Below are positions 29,101-39,255 of a stretch of DNA of 64,000 bases, in pieces; positions within the stretch are counted from its first letter, which is position 1, and every line of letters starts with the position of its first letter. This DNA comes from a virus (taxonomy: Duplodnaviria; Caudoviricetes): the IMG/VR virus record IMGVR_UViG_2744054452_000001, positions 1-64,000 of that record; one strand, given 5' to 3'. A program made the position numbers and the translations under genes. The notes under the pieces are model-generated. The model was not told where the DNA came from and searched no databases. It saw only the letters and a list, made by a program, of their open reading frames with translations.

Positions 29101-32100
29101 CGTGCGGAGCTCCCCAGCACCACGCCGCCGAAGTCGGCAGCACCAGTAAAGGGCAGCGAGTCGGCATATGTGTTGGCACTGCTGTCAGTGCTTGAGCGGG
29201 AACCATGAAAGAAGCCAGCGGACAGCACAGTGTTGAGCGACTTGGCTGTTACGTCTTCGATGGATGCCGGCACCACAATGTCGCTTGTGCCGTCGAAGTC
29301 CGTGCCGTTGATCGTGCGAGTGTTCAGCAGCTTGGTGGCGCTGGCCACGTTGCCGCTAACGAACGCAACTTCTTGAGGCGCAGTCCATGAGTATGTGGCT
29401 ACGTCGCCATGGGCACGCACAAAAAGGCGCGTCTTGCCGGATTGCCACTCGTGGTAAATCTCAGTCGTGGCGATGCCCTGATGGCCAACCAGGCGAATGC
29501 GATTGCCGTAGGTGATCGGGTATCCAGATGCGGTGCCGTTGTAGATGCCGTCAACGTACACGCCTGACGTGAGGCCGTAGGTCGCCGTGCCGGTGGGCAT
29601 CGCTCCCGAGGCATTGCCGAGGTATGGGGCGTTGACAGTAATGTTGCCGGTGCCGTCGAACTCCACACCGTTGATGGTGCGTGCCGTCTGCAGCTTGTTT
29701 GCCGACTCAACGAGGGACGTGAGCGACCATGCCTTCCAGGTCTTGCCGCTATCGACCGACCAGCGCATTGCGCTGGCGTAAGGAGCGGTATCGCTCATGG
29801 CCTCTTGGACAATGCGCGGGCCGTTATGGCTGACACGGATCATGCCCCAGCTCGTGAGGTTCGTGCCGCTGATGCTTGGGCCGCCGGGCTGCACGCTCAG
29901 ACCCTGCTGGCTGAAATAGTCACCAGGGGTCACGAGGTTGTCGAGGTTCGCTGTCTTGCTCAGCAGCAAGCCGTCTGTGACGAAGTTGTCGAGCGCGCTC
30001 GGCTTGTAGGCGGTGGCGACCTTACCCATTTCGATCTGGACGTTGTCAACGTCCATGAACACAGGCGTGACTCCGTCGATACCGTTGATGCGGCCGAAAT
30101 AGACGTAGACGCCAGTGGTGCCGGCGGGCGCAGGGCCGGCGGCCAGAATACAGCGCTGGAAGTCGGTCTCTGAGCCAATATCAAACGCCCGGCTTGGCGT
30201 GCTGATTGTTCCATTGGAGGCATTGCGCCACTGCAGGTACATGCGGAACGTCGCGCCTACAGTGCCACGGATATGCGAGCTGGCAACAACGAAGTCTCCT
30301 GGCTGCGCAGGGATGGTCGCCGCCGTCACAACGTCCATGTAGCGAGTCGCAGAGAGCTTTTCCCCGTACATGCGGAATGCCACGGAGCTTTGGGCCAGGG
30401 GTGACTCGACATAGGAGCGCGTCACCTTCTCGCCAGAAACCGCGCTGGTGCCCGCAATGCTGGAGCCAAAACCCTTCGGTGACACGGTCACTGTGCCTAC
30501 CAGTGGCTCGCCCTCTTCTGTCCTTGCCTCAAAGCTGGAGTTGACCTGCAGGTTCGCACCGCCGACCGAAAGGGAGCTGTTGAGCACGTTGGAAAGGAGA
30601 TCCGGCGACAGCTGCGCCTCCGGAACGAAACCGCCGGAGTCGAGCGTTGCAACGCCGCTCTTTGCCCCCGCCTTGTTGGCATCGAGCTTGGCGTTCAGGG
30701 CGGTCTGGGTCGCTGTGCTGATCGGCTTGTTGGCGTCAGACGTGTTGTTCACGTTGCCCAGGCCAAGGTCTGCGAGCGTCCATGCGATGTTTGCAGAGCC
30801 GTCGAATGAACGTGCCGTCGATCCGATGGTCACTGTGCGCGCTGTGGTCAGCTTCGCCGCGCTCCCGGTTGTGTTTTGGTTGCCGGTGGTGTTGACGCCA
30901 GGAAGGTCAATATTCGCGGTGCCGTCGAAGTTCACACCGCCAATAGAGCGCACCGTTGCCAGCTTGGCAGCAGCGGTTGCCGTGCCGCGTGATGTTGTGA
31001 CGTTCTCGGCCCAATCGGTGAAAACCCAGCCAGATGCGCCGCGAGCGCCAGTGCGCGACCAGGACGTGTTGCCGGAATAGACCGTCTGAATTACAGCAGA
31101 GCCAGCGTCATACAGGCGCCGAATGATGTGAATGACGCCCGTGTAAGAAGCGCTCGCGCCCAATGGGCCGTTGGTGTACGTACCGGACAGGGTATAGAAG
31201 CCGCCTGCCGTGGCCGTCACCATGGTGTCGAAGTCGGTTCCGCCGTCTGTGGCTGCCCCGCCGTTGCCTGGCGCATTGCGTGCCTGGGCAACGCCTAGCG
31301 CAACCAGTGCGCTCAGAGGCGCCTCACCAGTCAGCATCGACGCATCCAGCGCAGTCACAGGGATGATCGCGTTGCCAGAGCCGTCGAATACGGTCGCCGT
31401 ACCAGTTGCCGCGCCAGCCATCGAAATGGTGCGGGCGGTCTGCAGCTTGGTGGCGGTGCCGGCATTGCCCGACACGGCCAGGGGCGGGTCATTGGTTGTA
31501 TAGACCCGCTCCCATGCACTCCACTCATTGACGCCGTAGAACGCACGCTGGTAGGTTTTTCGTCCAGAGTCAGAGCGGTAGGTCGTCAGCTCTTGGATGT
31601 AGCCGGCGGCGCGCCACACGCGCAGAGAAAATGCCTCTCCCGTGGGGCAATTCAGCAGTGTTGCTGCCGTCACGTTGGCGGCGCAGTAGTACGCCCCTTC
31701 GTTTTTGAAGTCGTTGAGGTCTTGATTGGACGCGATGGGCACGCCCTGCCACTGCAGAGCGATATTGCTGGTGCCATCGAAGTTCACACCGTTGATGGTT
31801 CGCGCGGTCTGCAGCTTTGTCGCTGTGGCGGCGTTACCGGTGGTGCTCTGGTTGCCGGCAGTGTTCACGCCTGGCAGGTTGATGTTCGCCGTACCGTCGA
31901 AGCTCACACCGCCGATCGTGCGGGCAGTCTGCAGCTTGGTGGCGCTAGCCACGTTGTCGGTCTTGGTAGCGGCACCAACATCAGCAGCCGACAGCACGAC
32001 CGCCCCGGTCTTGCCGTTGACGGTCGTTACAGCCGCGGAATTGTTGATGCGGTAGAAGGCCGCCAGCACCTTGGAGTAGATCAGGAAGTCGCCTGCCTCG

Positions 32101-33203
32101 TACAGCACGCCACTCACGGTTCCACCGACCTGGACGCGCCAGATAGAGGCAAGGCCAGGGGTTGCTGGATACTTTCCCGTGCTCAGATCCACGCCGCCCA
32201 TTTCAGCGAACGAGTTCTGGACGCTGCCGACGATCGAACGTGCGGTGTCCTCGCTCTCTTTGGCGGCTGCAGCAGAAGCCGCTGCAGCGGTCTCGCTGGT
32301 CTTTGAGTTGGTCTCGCTGGTCTTTGCATTCAGCGCAGACGCCGCGGCGTTCGATGCGCTGTTGCTCGCCTCCGTTGCCTTGGACGATGCGGTCGATGCA
32401 CTGCCGGCGGCCGCAGTTTGGCTGGCGGCAGCGTTGGTTTCGCTGGTCTTGGCCGCAGTTTGGCTGGCGGCAGCGTTGGTTTCGCTGGTCTTGGCCGCAG
32501 TTTGGCTGGCGGCAGCCGCAGTTTGGCTGGCAGCAGCAGCAGTTTTGCTCGATGCGGCGTTGGTCTCGCTGGTCTTGGCGTTGGTCTCGCTGGTCTTAGA
32601 TGCCGTCTGGCTGGTTTTTGCCTGGTCGGCGTAGTATTTGGCACCGTAACCCTGGCCAGTCACCACTTCTGAGGTGGTCTGTGTTGCCCACTTTTGTGCC
32701 TGTGCCGCACTGGAGCTGGAGCTGGTTGCGCTCGCGGCGGCATTACCGGCGCTGGCTGCAGCATTGGTCTCGCTGTTCTTGGCGTTCGTTGCGTGCGTGT
32801 TGGACTTGGCGATGTTTTCAGTCGTGACCGCCATGGCCTCGCTGGCAACGACCGCAGACTCGGCTGCTTTTTCAATCGCCAGATTCGCACTCTCAAGCGC
32901 GCTCAGAACGTCCGACGAGACAGTTTTGTGGGCATTGATAATGTCTGCCGCAGAGTGCGCCAGCTCACGCGAATAGCCCTGGACAGGGATGATCTCGTAA
33001 GGGGCGGTGGTGCTGGGGCCGGCGTATGCCCTGGCAAGCGTGATCTCAGTTGCCGAGACCACGGTTTTGATTTCGTAGTGTTTGCCGTCCGGGCCCACGA
33101 AGGCTTCACCGCGCTCAATGTTGTCAACAAAGTTGGCGAGCGAGCAAATGACCTTCGCGGAACCGTTCACGACGGTAGCGTTACCGCGCTTGTACCATTC
33201 CAT
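26160..33203 (-). CDS. long tail fibre with C-terminal S74 intramolecular chaperone
   Basis: Stf-like AAKTSETN repeats, repeated ATKLQTARTIxGVxFDGT modules, YSDKRLK...GLLAQDVQ C-terminus. Confidence 0.92.
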   Translation of the reverse strand: MEWYKRGNATVVNGSAKVICSLANFVDNIERGEAFVGPDGKHYEIKTVVSATEITLARAYAGPSTTAPYEIIPVQGYSRELAHSAADIINAHKTVSSDVLSALESANLAIEKAAESAVVASEAMAVTTENIAKSNTHATNAKNSETNAAASAGNAAASATSSSSSAAQAQKWATQTTSEVVTGQGYGAKYYADQAKTSQTASKTSETNAKTSETNAASSKTAAAASQTAAAASQTAAKTSETNAAASQTAAKTSETNAAASQTAAAGSASTASSKATEASNSASNAAASALNAKTSETNSKTSETAAAASAAAAKESEDTARSIVGSVQNSFAEMGGVDLSTGKYPATPGLASIWRVQVGGTVSGVLYEAGDFLIYSKVLAAFYRINNSAAVTTVNGKTGAVVLSAADVGAATKTDNVASATKLQTARTIGGVSFDGTANINLPGVNTAGNQSTTGNAATATKLQTARTINGVNFDGTSNIALQWQGVPIASNQDLNDFKNEGAYYCAANVTAATLLNCPTGEAFSLRVWRAAGYIQELTTYRSDSGRKTYQRAFYGVNEWSAWERVYTTNDPPLAVSGNAGTATKLQTARTISMAGAATGTATVFDGSGNAIIPVTALDASMLTGEAPLSALVALGVAQARNAPGNGGAATDGGTDFDTMVTATAGGFYTLSGTYTNGPLGASASYTGVIHIIRRLYDAGSAVIQTVYSGNTSWSRTGARGASGWVFTDWAENVTTSRGTATAAAKLATVRSIGGVNFDGTANIDLPGVNTTGNQNTTGSAAKLTTARTVTIGSTARSFDGSANIAWTLADLGLGNVNNTSDANKPISTATQTALNAKLDANKAGAKSGVATLDSGGFVPEAQLSPDLLSNVLNSSLSVGGANLQVNSSFEARTEEGEPLVGTVTVSPKGFGSSIAGTSAVSGEKVTRSYVESPLAQSSVAFRMYGEKLSATRYMDVVTAATIPAQPGDFVVASSHIRGTVGATFRMYLQWRNASNGTISTPSRAFDIGSETDFQRCILAAGPAPAGTTGVYVYFGRINGIDGVTPVFMDVDNVQIEMGKVATAYKPSALDNFVTDGLLLSKTANLDNLVTPGDYFSQQGLSVQPGGPSISGTNLTSWGMIRVSHNGPRIVQEAMSDTAPYASAMRWSVDSGKTWKAWSLTSLVESANKLQTARTINGVEFDGTGNITVNAPYLGNASGAMPTGTATYGLTSGVYVDGIYNGTASGYPITYGNRIRLVGHQGIATTEIYHEWQSGKTRLFVRAHGDVATYSWTAPQEVAFVSGNVASATKLLNTRTINGTDFDGTSDIVVPASIEDVTAKSLNTVLSAGFFHGSRSSTDSSANTYADSLPFTGAADFGGVVLGSSARNDVAQILNNGKALFVRGNDATGTPVSDWSEWERVLTDSIDLELKPGKKFVVPDDPNSYISMTAANVSNVVAPIIYAKMGGSDAFRLGVGATSTNNGFAELATADDGSEQIYVRQYTGSFAAIKRQAALLDENGNTNFPGQVSTINGFTSATGTSYVASLRAGGSILQPSNSTAGAFMPFLAGNTTSGSIGLATYQGTLRAYYMTKANVDANTNSVSKNAVLLDENGNGIWDGNLAASTFSGNGAALTSLNAGNISAGTLPVARGGTGTTTSTGSGNVVLSTSPTISDSLSIVATGKSAAIEIGDINGTVATTPYIDFHSGTSVVDYDSRIMAYGGTTGSAGGVLQVVASMFETTAAATIRSTSIASKTDATDGALRVLGGVGVKGVSVFGDRVGIGTSSASSVQLDVLQNTIVANSSPFGSRILVDVKDGALTASRTAYGEYARIRSYLTYANGKELGFNMTTVAGHFEAQDAIDGAHTQELYGVRGYAVVSQPTGGTVTEQVTGRIEGVRGYSLLSAANQTATTVIGNYSYPHLNNSTAVATNMIGYEAYVRNQAGTATTAYGIKVGISGTFSGVRYGIYSTGESENLLSGILRVNATTAATSTTTGSLIVKGGAGFAGQVFAAGFNGPLTGNASTATKLAIERTINGVSFDGSANVSGAMTLPTAAASWIDGTGRGQAAIVFSPSTASSWHAWASQKTAGGNSFAIGQLGESWHLSWASAANINAGTNVTTQLLRADSNGLEVTGSVKITSSGEGQLFFTSSGGYAYGNSGAIGFYKPNVGGCAMDNSGNWNVANSVNATRIYVSDWLRTTGNCGWYSESYGGGMMMQDSTWVRVYNGKALYVGNEGAFTGNVTAYYSDKRLKTKLKPIKGALAAVAQLTGYHYHANKLGAKYGYDPEKAEVGLLAQDVQAIIPEVVEQAPFDRTAVKGESKTGKFYLTLKYERLVPHLVEAIKELDEKNQALELRLASLEAAIRTK
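32405..32600. repeat. 21/42-bp intragenic tandem repeats (AAASQT/AKTSETN)
   Basis: Repeated GCAGTTTGGCTGGCGGCAGC and TCGCTGGTCTTGGC units. Confidence 0.8.
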
Positions 33204-33261
33204 GTTTTTCTTCTTCTTATGTGGTTGGGCGCGGTAATTCTAAGTCAGTATTGACTTATCT

Positions 33262-33876
33262 TCAATCGCTCGGCCACTCTATCGCCTTGACCGCGTCGAT
33301 GGTCGTGCAGCAGTTGATTTGGGCACGCAGGCTGCGGCCGATCGCATGGACAGAGTTTGTGTAGTCACCCAGCTGCGCGCAGATTTCCTGCAGCTCTTCG
33401 GCCCCCAGCGAAATTTCACCGTTGTCGGAGGTCGTCCACTCCACATGGAACCCGGGCACGTTCTGGGCGATCAGGGCATAGGACACGATCTTGCTGCGGC
33501 TCGAATCGTCGTTGTCGATCGGGATGCCGCGCCACTGAAAACCAGTTGCTTCAACGACCGCGCGTCGCTCCTTGATCTCTATCCAGCGAGCAGCCTTCAC
33601 CTGCGCCAGCGAGCGCCCCTCGACCCATTCATGGGACACGAAGTCATAGATGGCACCCTCATACGGCGGCATGCCCAGCGAGACAACGACCTTGGCGTCG
33701 AAGTCCCAATAGCATGTGCCGGAGTTGGCGGCTTGATAGCCATCGTCATCCAGCTCGATGGCGAGCAGTTCATCGCCAAACAGCGATTGGGCGTATTCGG
33801 TATCGGGTTCGCCCAGGGTGACAAGGCGAGCAATCTCGCCTGTCTTGCCCTTGACCCCTGCAAAGTAGCAGGTCAC
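33262..33876 (-). CDS. DUF4376-like tail-associated protein
   Basis: RAVVEATGFQWRG...WTTSDNG; paralogous to 24909-25625. Confidence 0.75.
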   Translation of the reverse strand: MTCYFAGVKGKTGEIARLVTLGEPDTEYAQSLFGDELLAIELDDDGYQAANSGTCYWDFDAKVVVSLGMPPYEGAIYDFVSHEWVEGRSLAQVKAARWIEIKERRAVVEATGFQWRGIPIDNDDSSRSKIVSYALIAQNVPGFHVEWTTSDNGEISLGAEELQEICAQLGDYTNSVHAIGRSLRAQINCCTTIDAVKAIEWPSD

Positions 33877-36800
33877 TTTTTGATCTCCTGTAGCATCATT
33901 GTTCGATTGGTCACGCTGAAACCGAGCAGGTTGCCGCCTTCGCCATAGACGCGAATTGCGTATTGCCAGCGGCCAGCGTTTGCGTTGACGATGGTGTCAA
34001 CGTAAGTGAGCACGATTGAGCCCATGCCGTATGCATAGAGCGCGGTGCTGAATGCGCGGCTGTAGCCGATGACCAGGCCAGAGCGCACAACGGTCTCCCC
34101 TCCCCAGGGGTCGATTCGGATAATGTCGGCCTTGTAGCTCAGGTTGGTGCCCTTGTAGGCCGCAACGTCACCGACCGGACGGAGCAGGAAATTGGCAGTC
34201 ATCACCAGCTTGAAGGTGCCGCCGGACGTTCCAGATCCCGAGCAGGTAATGCCGCCGGTCATGATGCGGGCGTCGCCCAGCCAGCCCGTGTCGCCCGAGG
34301 CGATAGTTCCACTGAACTGGTGATAGATGGCCTGTGTGACCGCCTGGTCTTTGATTTTCAGAGTCTCGACCTGCAGGTTGCCAATCTTCGCGGAGGTAAT
34401 CACACCGTTCTTGATGAACGCCTCGCTGATATAGACGCCGGGGTTGACGGTCTGGCCATTGATCGTGGTCGCGGTCGTCAGCACCTGGAACGGCGTCGAT
34501 GTAGTGGCCAGGGCCGAGGTCTCTGGCGTGGCGATGATGAACTTATCGGACGCCACGATGAACGACGAGGTCGGTGCCGCGTTATTGGCCGTCGAGATCA
34601 ACCCGAACCCGGAGACATGCCCCTTGTTGTTGACCTTGACGGAATACTTGGCCTCTGTCCCGCTGATGCTGCTGGCGAGCGTGCTGAACTTTTGCTCCAT
34701 GGTCACGCTGCCGCCGCCGGCTGTGTTCAGGCGGGCTGTCAGCTGGGTGATGCTGGTTGCGTTGGCACTGTCGGCGGTGGCACGGGTGCTTTCTTCTTTC
34801 GCCAGGCGGGCCTCAACGCTGTTCACGGGCTTGCCCGTGGCGTCAAAGGTATTCAGGCGAGAGACCATGTCGGTGATCGACTTTGTGAGCACGCTGTCGG
34901 CGTCTGCCCGGGTCTTCTGTTCTGCTGCCAGCACGGCCTCGTAGGAGCCCGCAGGCTTGCCAGTCGCGCTGTACTTATCCAGGCGGGAGGTCACTGAGTT
35001 GATAAGGCTGGTGGTGGCAGAGTCACCATCTGCGCGCGCGGTCGCCTCGTTCTGAATCAGGTTGGTGGTGCTGGCCAGGTTAGAGGACACCGTGGTGGTC
35101 AGATTCGTGATGCGAGTGCTCAGCGCCGAATCTTCGGTCGCGCGGGTGCGTTCCTCAGTCTGGATCAGTGCCTTGACTGCCGAGTCATTGGCCGTCACGG
35201 TCGAGGTCAGATTCGTGATGCGGGTGCCCAGCGCCGTGTCAGCGGTGATGCGCGACTTTTCCTCTGTCTGAATCAGGGTCGTGAGCTTGGAGTCACCGGC
35301 CATGAATTCAGTCTGGGAGGAATTGATCAGGATCGTCAGTGCCTCGTCGCGCGAGACTCGTGCGGTCGATTCGGTCTGAATCAGTGCGCGAAGAGCTGCC
35401 GCCTCGGTGCTCAGCGAAGCCTGCATTGCCGTGATCGACTTGGTCAGCACGCCATCTGCATCAGCCCGGGCCTTTTGCTCGGCAACGATCAGACCGGACA
35501 GGCGCAGGTCTTCGGCGTCCATGGATACCTGCATGCCGTCGATCCGTGTGGTCATGGCGCTGTCGGCAGTGGTACGGGCAGTTGCCTCGGCCTGGATCAG
35601 CGCCCTGGCGGCGGTGTCGTTGGTCTTGACCGTGGCGGTCAGCTCTGTGACCGTCTTGGCGATAGCCTCGTCTGCCGTGGTGCGCGCCAGGGCTTCGGAG
35701 CCGACCGCCGCTGTGTTGGCGCTGTCGGCCAGTTTCAGCTCGGCATACACGGTGTCGATGCGTTTCCCCAACGCGGTATCGGCGTTGGTGCGAGCAGTGG
35801 CCTCAGAACCGACCGAGGCGGCTGTGGAACTGTCGGCCAGCTTCAGCTCAGCATACACCGTGTCGATACGCTTGCCCAGCGCTGTGTCGGCGGTGGTACG
35901 GGCTTCTGTTTCGGTTTTCACCGCACCCACGCTTGCGGTGTCGCCCGCGAGCATTTCGGCATAGACGGTATCGACACGCTTGCCGAGCGCTTCATCGGCG
36001 GCTGCCCGGGCAGTCTGCTCGGTGGTCACAAGGCCGGTGATGCGCTCGGTCTCAGTGGTCAGTGTTGCCGCCAGCTGCTCGATGCGTGTGCTCAGGGCTC
36101 CGTCTGCGGTGGTGCGTGCGCTCTCTTCAAGGGAGATAAGTGCTTTCAGGCTCTTGTCGAGCGCACCGGTCTGCTCGGCCACCAGGGCATTGACACGGGC
36201 AGCCTCGGCGGAGTCGGCGCTTACGCGAGCGGACTCTTCTGCCTTGATGGATGCCTTAATGTCAACGATCTCCTTGTCACGAGCCACCTGCTGTGCCGCG
36301 ATCAGCTCGGAGACCTTGCCGATGGCAGTGTCTGTGTCAGTGGCCAGCTTCACGACCTCTTCACGCAACGAGGCAATGGCATTGGTGGTTGAGTTCTTCA
36401 CCTCTTCGGTGAGCACCACGGAGCGCAGCAGCAAGTCGCCGTCACGCTGCAGCTTCCAGCCCACAGAGCGCAGCTCTTCGCGCAGGCTCACCAGATCGAC
36501 ATTCAGGGCTTCGGACAGGGAGGTCAGATCCTCCAGCGCCTCGGGCGTCAGGATGGCAGTCAAGTCACCGATCTTTTCGATCTCGGTGATGACCTCGCTG
36601 AAAAAGCCGGTGCGCTTGAACGATTCCTCAAGGCCATTGAGGATGTCGGTCACGTCTGTGTTGGCCTTGGCCTTCAAGACGCGGTCAGTCGGGTAAAAGT
36701 CCGAGTGAATGCCGCGCTTGTCGATGGCGCGCAGCTTGTACTGGCGCTCGGCACCAGGCGCCAGGTCTTGATGTGTCCATGCCGTCGCCACCGATGGCAC

Positions 36801-39239
36801 GGTCTGCATCAGCTTGAACGGCTCGCTGTATGTGGGCGAGTTGGGGTCTGCCTCCTTGGCCCAGACCTCGACCGCGTTGATCTCGCTTGCGATGGCAGGA
36901 TTGAGCTTCCAGCCCACCACGATGGACAAGAAGCCATTGGACGCGCTCATTGAGGCGAACGGGGGCTGCACGGCCTGGCCAGTCTCGGGGATGAGCACGC
37001 TCTTGAACCCCAGGGCCAGGACGGCGCTGGTGGCCCAGGTCGAGGCAGAGCCCTTGAAATTGAGCGAGCGCACGCGCACCACATACTCGCCGGCGGGCAG
37101 ACCATCGAACGAATGCGAGGGAATGCCGGTGACGCGGTTGCGCACGGGGTTGCCCGAGCTTGGCAGCAGTTCAACGTCCCAGCGCGTCACGCCTGCCTGC
37201 TTCGGCCAGGACATTTCGATGTTGCCGATGTAGGTGTCCTGGTCGCGGCTGGCATTGACAACCTCGACCTCCAGGCCGTCTGGTGCGGCCGGCACTTCGT
37301 TGCTCAGACCAGGGTTGCCGATGAAGCCCGGGTCATCCTCGAGCAGATCAAGGTTGTCGGCATAGGAGTATTTGCGCTCGTCATATTCCAGCGCTGTGAT
37401 GCTGACAATGCGGCCACCCTCGTTGCCGTTATCACCCGCGTCTTCGGCAACTGTCAGCACGCGGTAGAGGCGATCCTTGGCGTCGCCAGAAGCAGAGATC
37501 ACCCATGTGGCGCCGACGATTGGCGCGGACGCGCCGGTCGGGAGGGCTTCATTCAGACGCACCTGGTCGCCGGCGGTACCGTTGACCCACTGGCATGTGC
37601 CGGTGAACAGGCCGCCCGGCAGCATGATGTTGATCTTGTTGCTGTCGGTGCTAATGGCAACGGGCGCATCCAGCGTCAGGATGGTGCGGCGGTCTGTGTC
37701 CCCCACCGCTGCGGGGGTGATCTTCTTGATTCGACCACCCAGGCGCTTGCCGTAGCGCAGGTTGTCGCGCAGCTTGATGACCATGCCCGGGCTGACGGCA
37801 ACGCCCTCAATACCCGTCGAGAACGTGACGGTCTCGGTCAGCAGGCGCTCAGACGCCAGGATTGCGCGGCCAAAGCGGTGGGCCTGGCCACGGGATGTGC
37901 AACCGTAGGCGGCAACCTCGGTCTCGATAATCCCGTACTTCCTGATGCCTTCGGCATCCTCGACGTACTCGACCTTTTGACGGCCAAAGTCATTGAGGTC
38001 ATTCCATGTCACCAGGGCAACGGTATGACGCGCGCTGATGGACGAACCCTGATAGCTGAACTTGCCATTGATGACATTGGAGTTCGTGAACAGGTACTCG
38101 GGCAGCGCGGGCCGGTCTTGCACGGGCACGATCGAACCAGATGCCATGTAGGCCATGCCAGAGAAGGCGCTGGCCATGTTCTTGACCAGCTCGTATGCCT
38201 GCACCCGGGCCTGCACGTAGCAGTTCAGGGTGTAGCGTGGCTCCATGCCGCCTCGGCCGTCGCTGACCAGCTCGTCGCAATACTTGCCAATCGTGTAGAG
38301 CGTCCACTTATCGACGCTGCCCTTGGGGATTTCACGACCCAGGCCGTAGCGCTCATTGGTCAGAAGGTCATAGAAGCACCAGGCGGGGTTGTCTGTCCAG
38401 GCGATCTTGAATGAACCGTCCCAAGAACCGGCGTAGCTGCGTGTGGCGGGCGTGTAGTTGCTCGGTACGCGCACGCGCATGAGCTTCATGTCGTAGGCGC
38501 GATTGGGGATAGCGTCAAATGCCTCTGCATCAACGGTCAGGCCAACGATGGCGCTGTTTGCGTAGTTCAGCTTCGACTCAACGATCTCGGTATAGGAGCT
38601 GAAAATCGTCTTGTTGTTGACCGTGGCCTTGTCGGAATCGGGCGATAGGCGAACCATGCGGAACTGCCAAGGCGCCGAGCCCTGCAGGGGGAAGCGGTAT
38701 TCGCGTTCGTAGGCAGCCGTGGTCTTGCCGACAATGCGGTCTTCGCCCACGGTAATCCAGACACCGCTGTTTGCGCTCTCCATCTGGAAGCGCATGCTTA
38801 CTTCTGCGCCGTTCAGGTTGCCGTTGCCCGTGTCCTGGGTGGTCAGGGATGGGATGCGCAACTTCACCCGGATCGCATTCAGGTTCTCGTTGGTGATCGA
38901 GCGAGTCACCGGACGGTTGGCCAGCACCTCGACATTCACGCTCACTTCATTTTCGACAGCGCTAAAGCCAGGCATGTGCGCCTGGCCAAGAGTGCCGTTG
39001 CGAAACTCGACGGCAGCGTCAAAGTTCCTTGAGCCGTCCTTGTTCTCCAGGGGTGTCTCGTTCAGGTAGATGGAGCGGGCGCCATCGACCAGACCTTCGA
39101 TCTCGCCCTCGGAAACGAGGTCGAGCACGCGGGCAAAGGACTTGGAGCGCAGGGTGTTGTCTGCCTCAACTGCGCCGCCTCCACCGCCCGCACCCTTCTT
39201 TCGACCGGTGATGACCGGCCAGGGCATATTGTGTTTCAT
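33873..39239 (-). CDS. tail tip attachment / host-specificity protein J
   Basis: DLVSEGEIEG, AWTDNPAW, GCTSRGQAHR, FN3 region, coiled repeats. Confidence 0.95.
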   Translation of the reverse strand: MKHNMPWPVITGRKKGAGGGGGAVEADNTLRSKSFARVLDLVSEGEIEGLVDGARSIYLNETPLENKDGSRNFDAAVEFRNGTLGQAHMPGFSAVENEVSVNVEVLANRPVTRSITNENLNAIRVKLRIPSLTTQDTGNGNLNGAEVSMRFQMESANSGVWITVGEDRIVGKTTAAYEREYRFPLQGSAPWQFRMVRLSPDSDKATVNNKTIFSSYTEIVESKLNYANSAIVGLTVDAEAFDAIPNRAYDMKLMRVRVPSNYTPATRSYAGSWDGSFKIAWTDNPAWCFYDLLTNERYGLGREIPKGSVDKWTLYTIGKYCDELVSDGRGGMEPRYTLNCYVQARVQAYELVKNMASAFSGMAYMASGSIVPVQDRPALPEYLFTNSNVINGKFSYQGSSISARHTVALVTWNDLNDFGRQKVEYVEDAEGIRKYGIIETEVAAYGCTSRGQAHRFGRAILASERLLTETVTFSTGIEGVAVSPGMVIKLRDNLRYGKRLGGRIKKITPAAVGDTDRRTILTLDAPVAISTDSNKINIMLPGGLFTGTCQWVNGTAGDQVRLNEALPTGASAPIVGATWVISASGDAKDRLYRVLTVAEDAGDNGNEGGRIVSITALEYDERKYSYADNLDLLEDDPGFIGNPGLSNEVPAAPDGLEVEVVNASRDQDTYIGNIEMSWPKQAGVTRWDVELLPSSGNPVRNRVTGIPSHSFDGLPAGEYVVRVRSLNFKGSASTWATSAVLALGFKSVLIPETGQAVQPPFASMSASNGFLSIVVGWKLNPAIASEINAVEVWAKEADPNSPTYSEPFKLMQTVPSVATAWTHQDLAPGAERQYKLRAIDKRGIHSDFYPTDRVLKAKANTDVTDILNGLEESFKRTGFFSEVITEIEKIGDLTAILTPEALEDLTSLSEALNVDLVSLREELRSVGWKLQRDGDLLLRSVVLTEEVKNSTTNAIASLREEVVKLATDTDTAIGKVSELIAAQQVARDKEIVDIKASIKAEESARVSADSAEAARVNALVAEQTGALDKSLKALISLEESARTTADGALSTRIEQLAATLTTETERITGLVTTEQTARAAADEALGKRVDTVYAEMLAGDTASVGAVKTETEARTTADTALGKRIDTVYAELKLADSSTAASVGSEATARTNADTALGKRIDTVYAELKLADSANTAAVGSEALARTTADEAIAKTVTELTATVKTNDTAARALIQAEATARTTADSAMTTRIDGMQVSMDAEDLRLSGLIVAEQKARADADGVLTKSITAMQASLSTEAAALRALIQTESTARVSRDEALTILINSSQTEFMAGDSKLTTLIQTEEKSRITADTALGTRITNLTSTVTANDSAVKALIQTEERTRATEDSALSTRITNLTTTVSSNLASTTNLIQNEATARADGDSATTSLINSVTSRLDKYSATGKPAGSYEAVLAAEQKTRADADSVLTKSITDMVSRLNTFDATGKPVNSVEARLAKEESTRATADSANATSITQLTARLNTAGGGSVTMEQKFSTLASSISGTEAKYSVKVNNKGHVSGFGLISTANNAAPTSSFIVASDKFIIATPETSALATTSTPFQVLTTATTINGQTVNPGVYISEAFIKNGVITSAKIGNLQVETLKIKDQAVTQAIYHQFSGTIASGDTGWLGDARIMTGGITCSGSGTSGGTFKLVMTANFLLRPVGDVAAYKGTNLSYKADIIRIDPWGGETVVRSGLVIGYSRAFSTALYAYGMGSIVLTYVDTIVNANAGRWQYAIRVYGEGGNLLGFSVTNRTMMLQEIKK

Positions 39240-39255
39240 GCTGTTCTTCTTCTAG

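Noticed and set aside
26160-33203. Tail-fibre repeats as a DGR target or invertible cassette
   Set aside because: No reverse transcriptase, invertase or adenine-variant TR/VR pair is visible; the repeats are ordinary fibre modules
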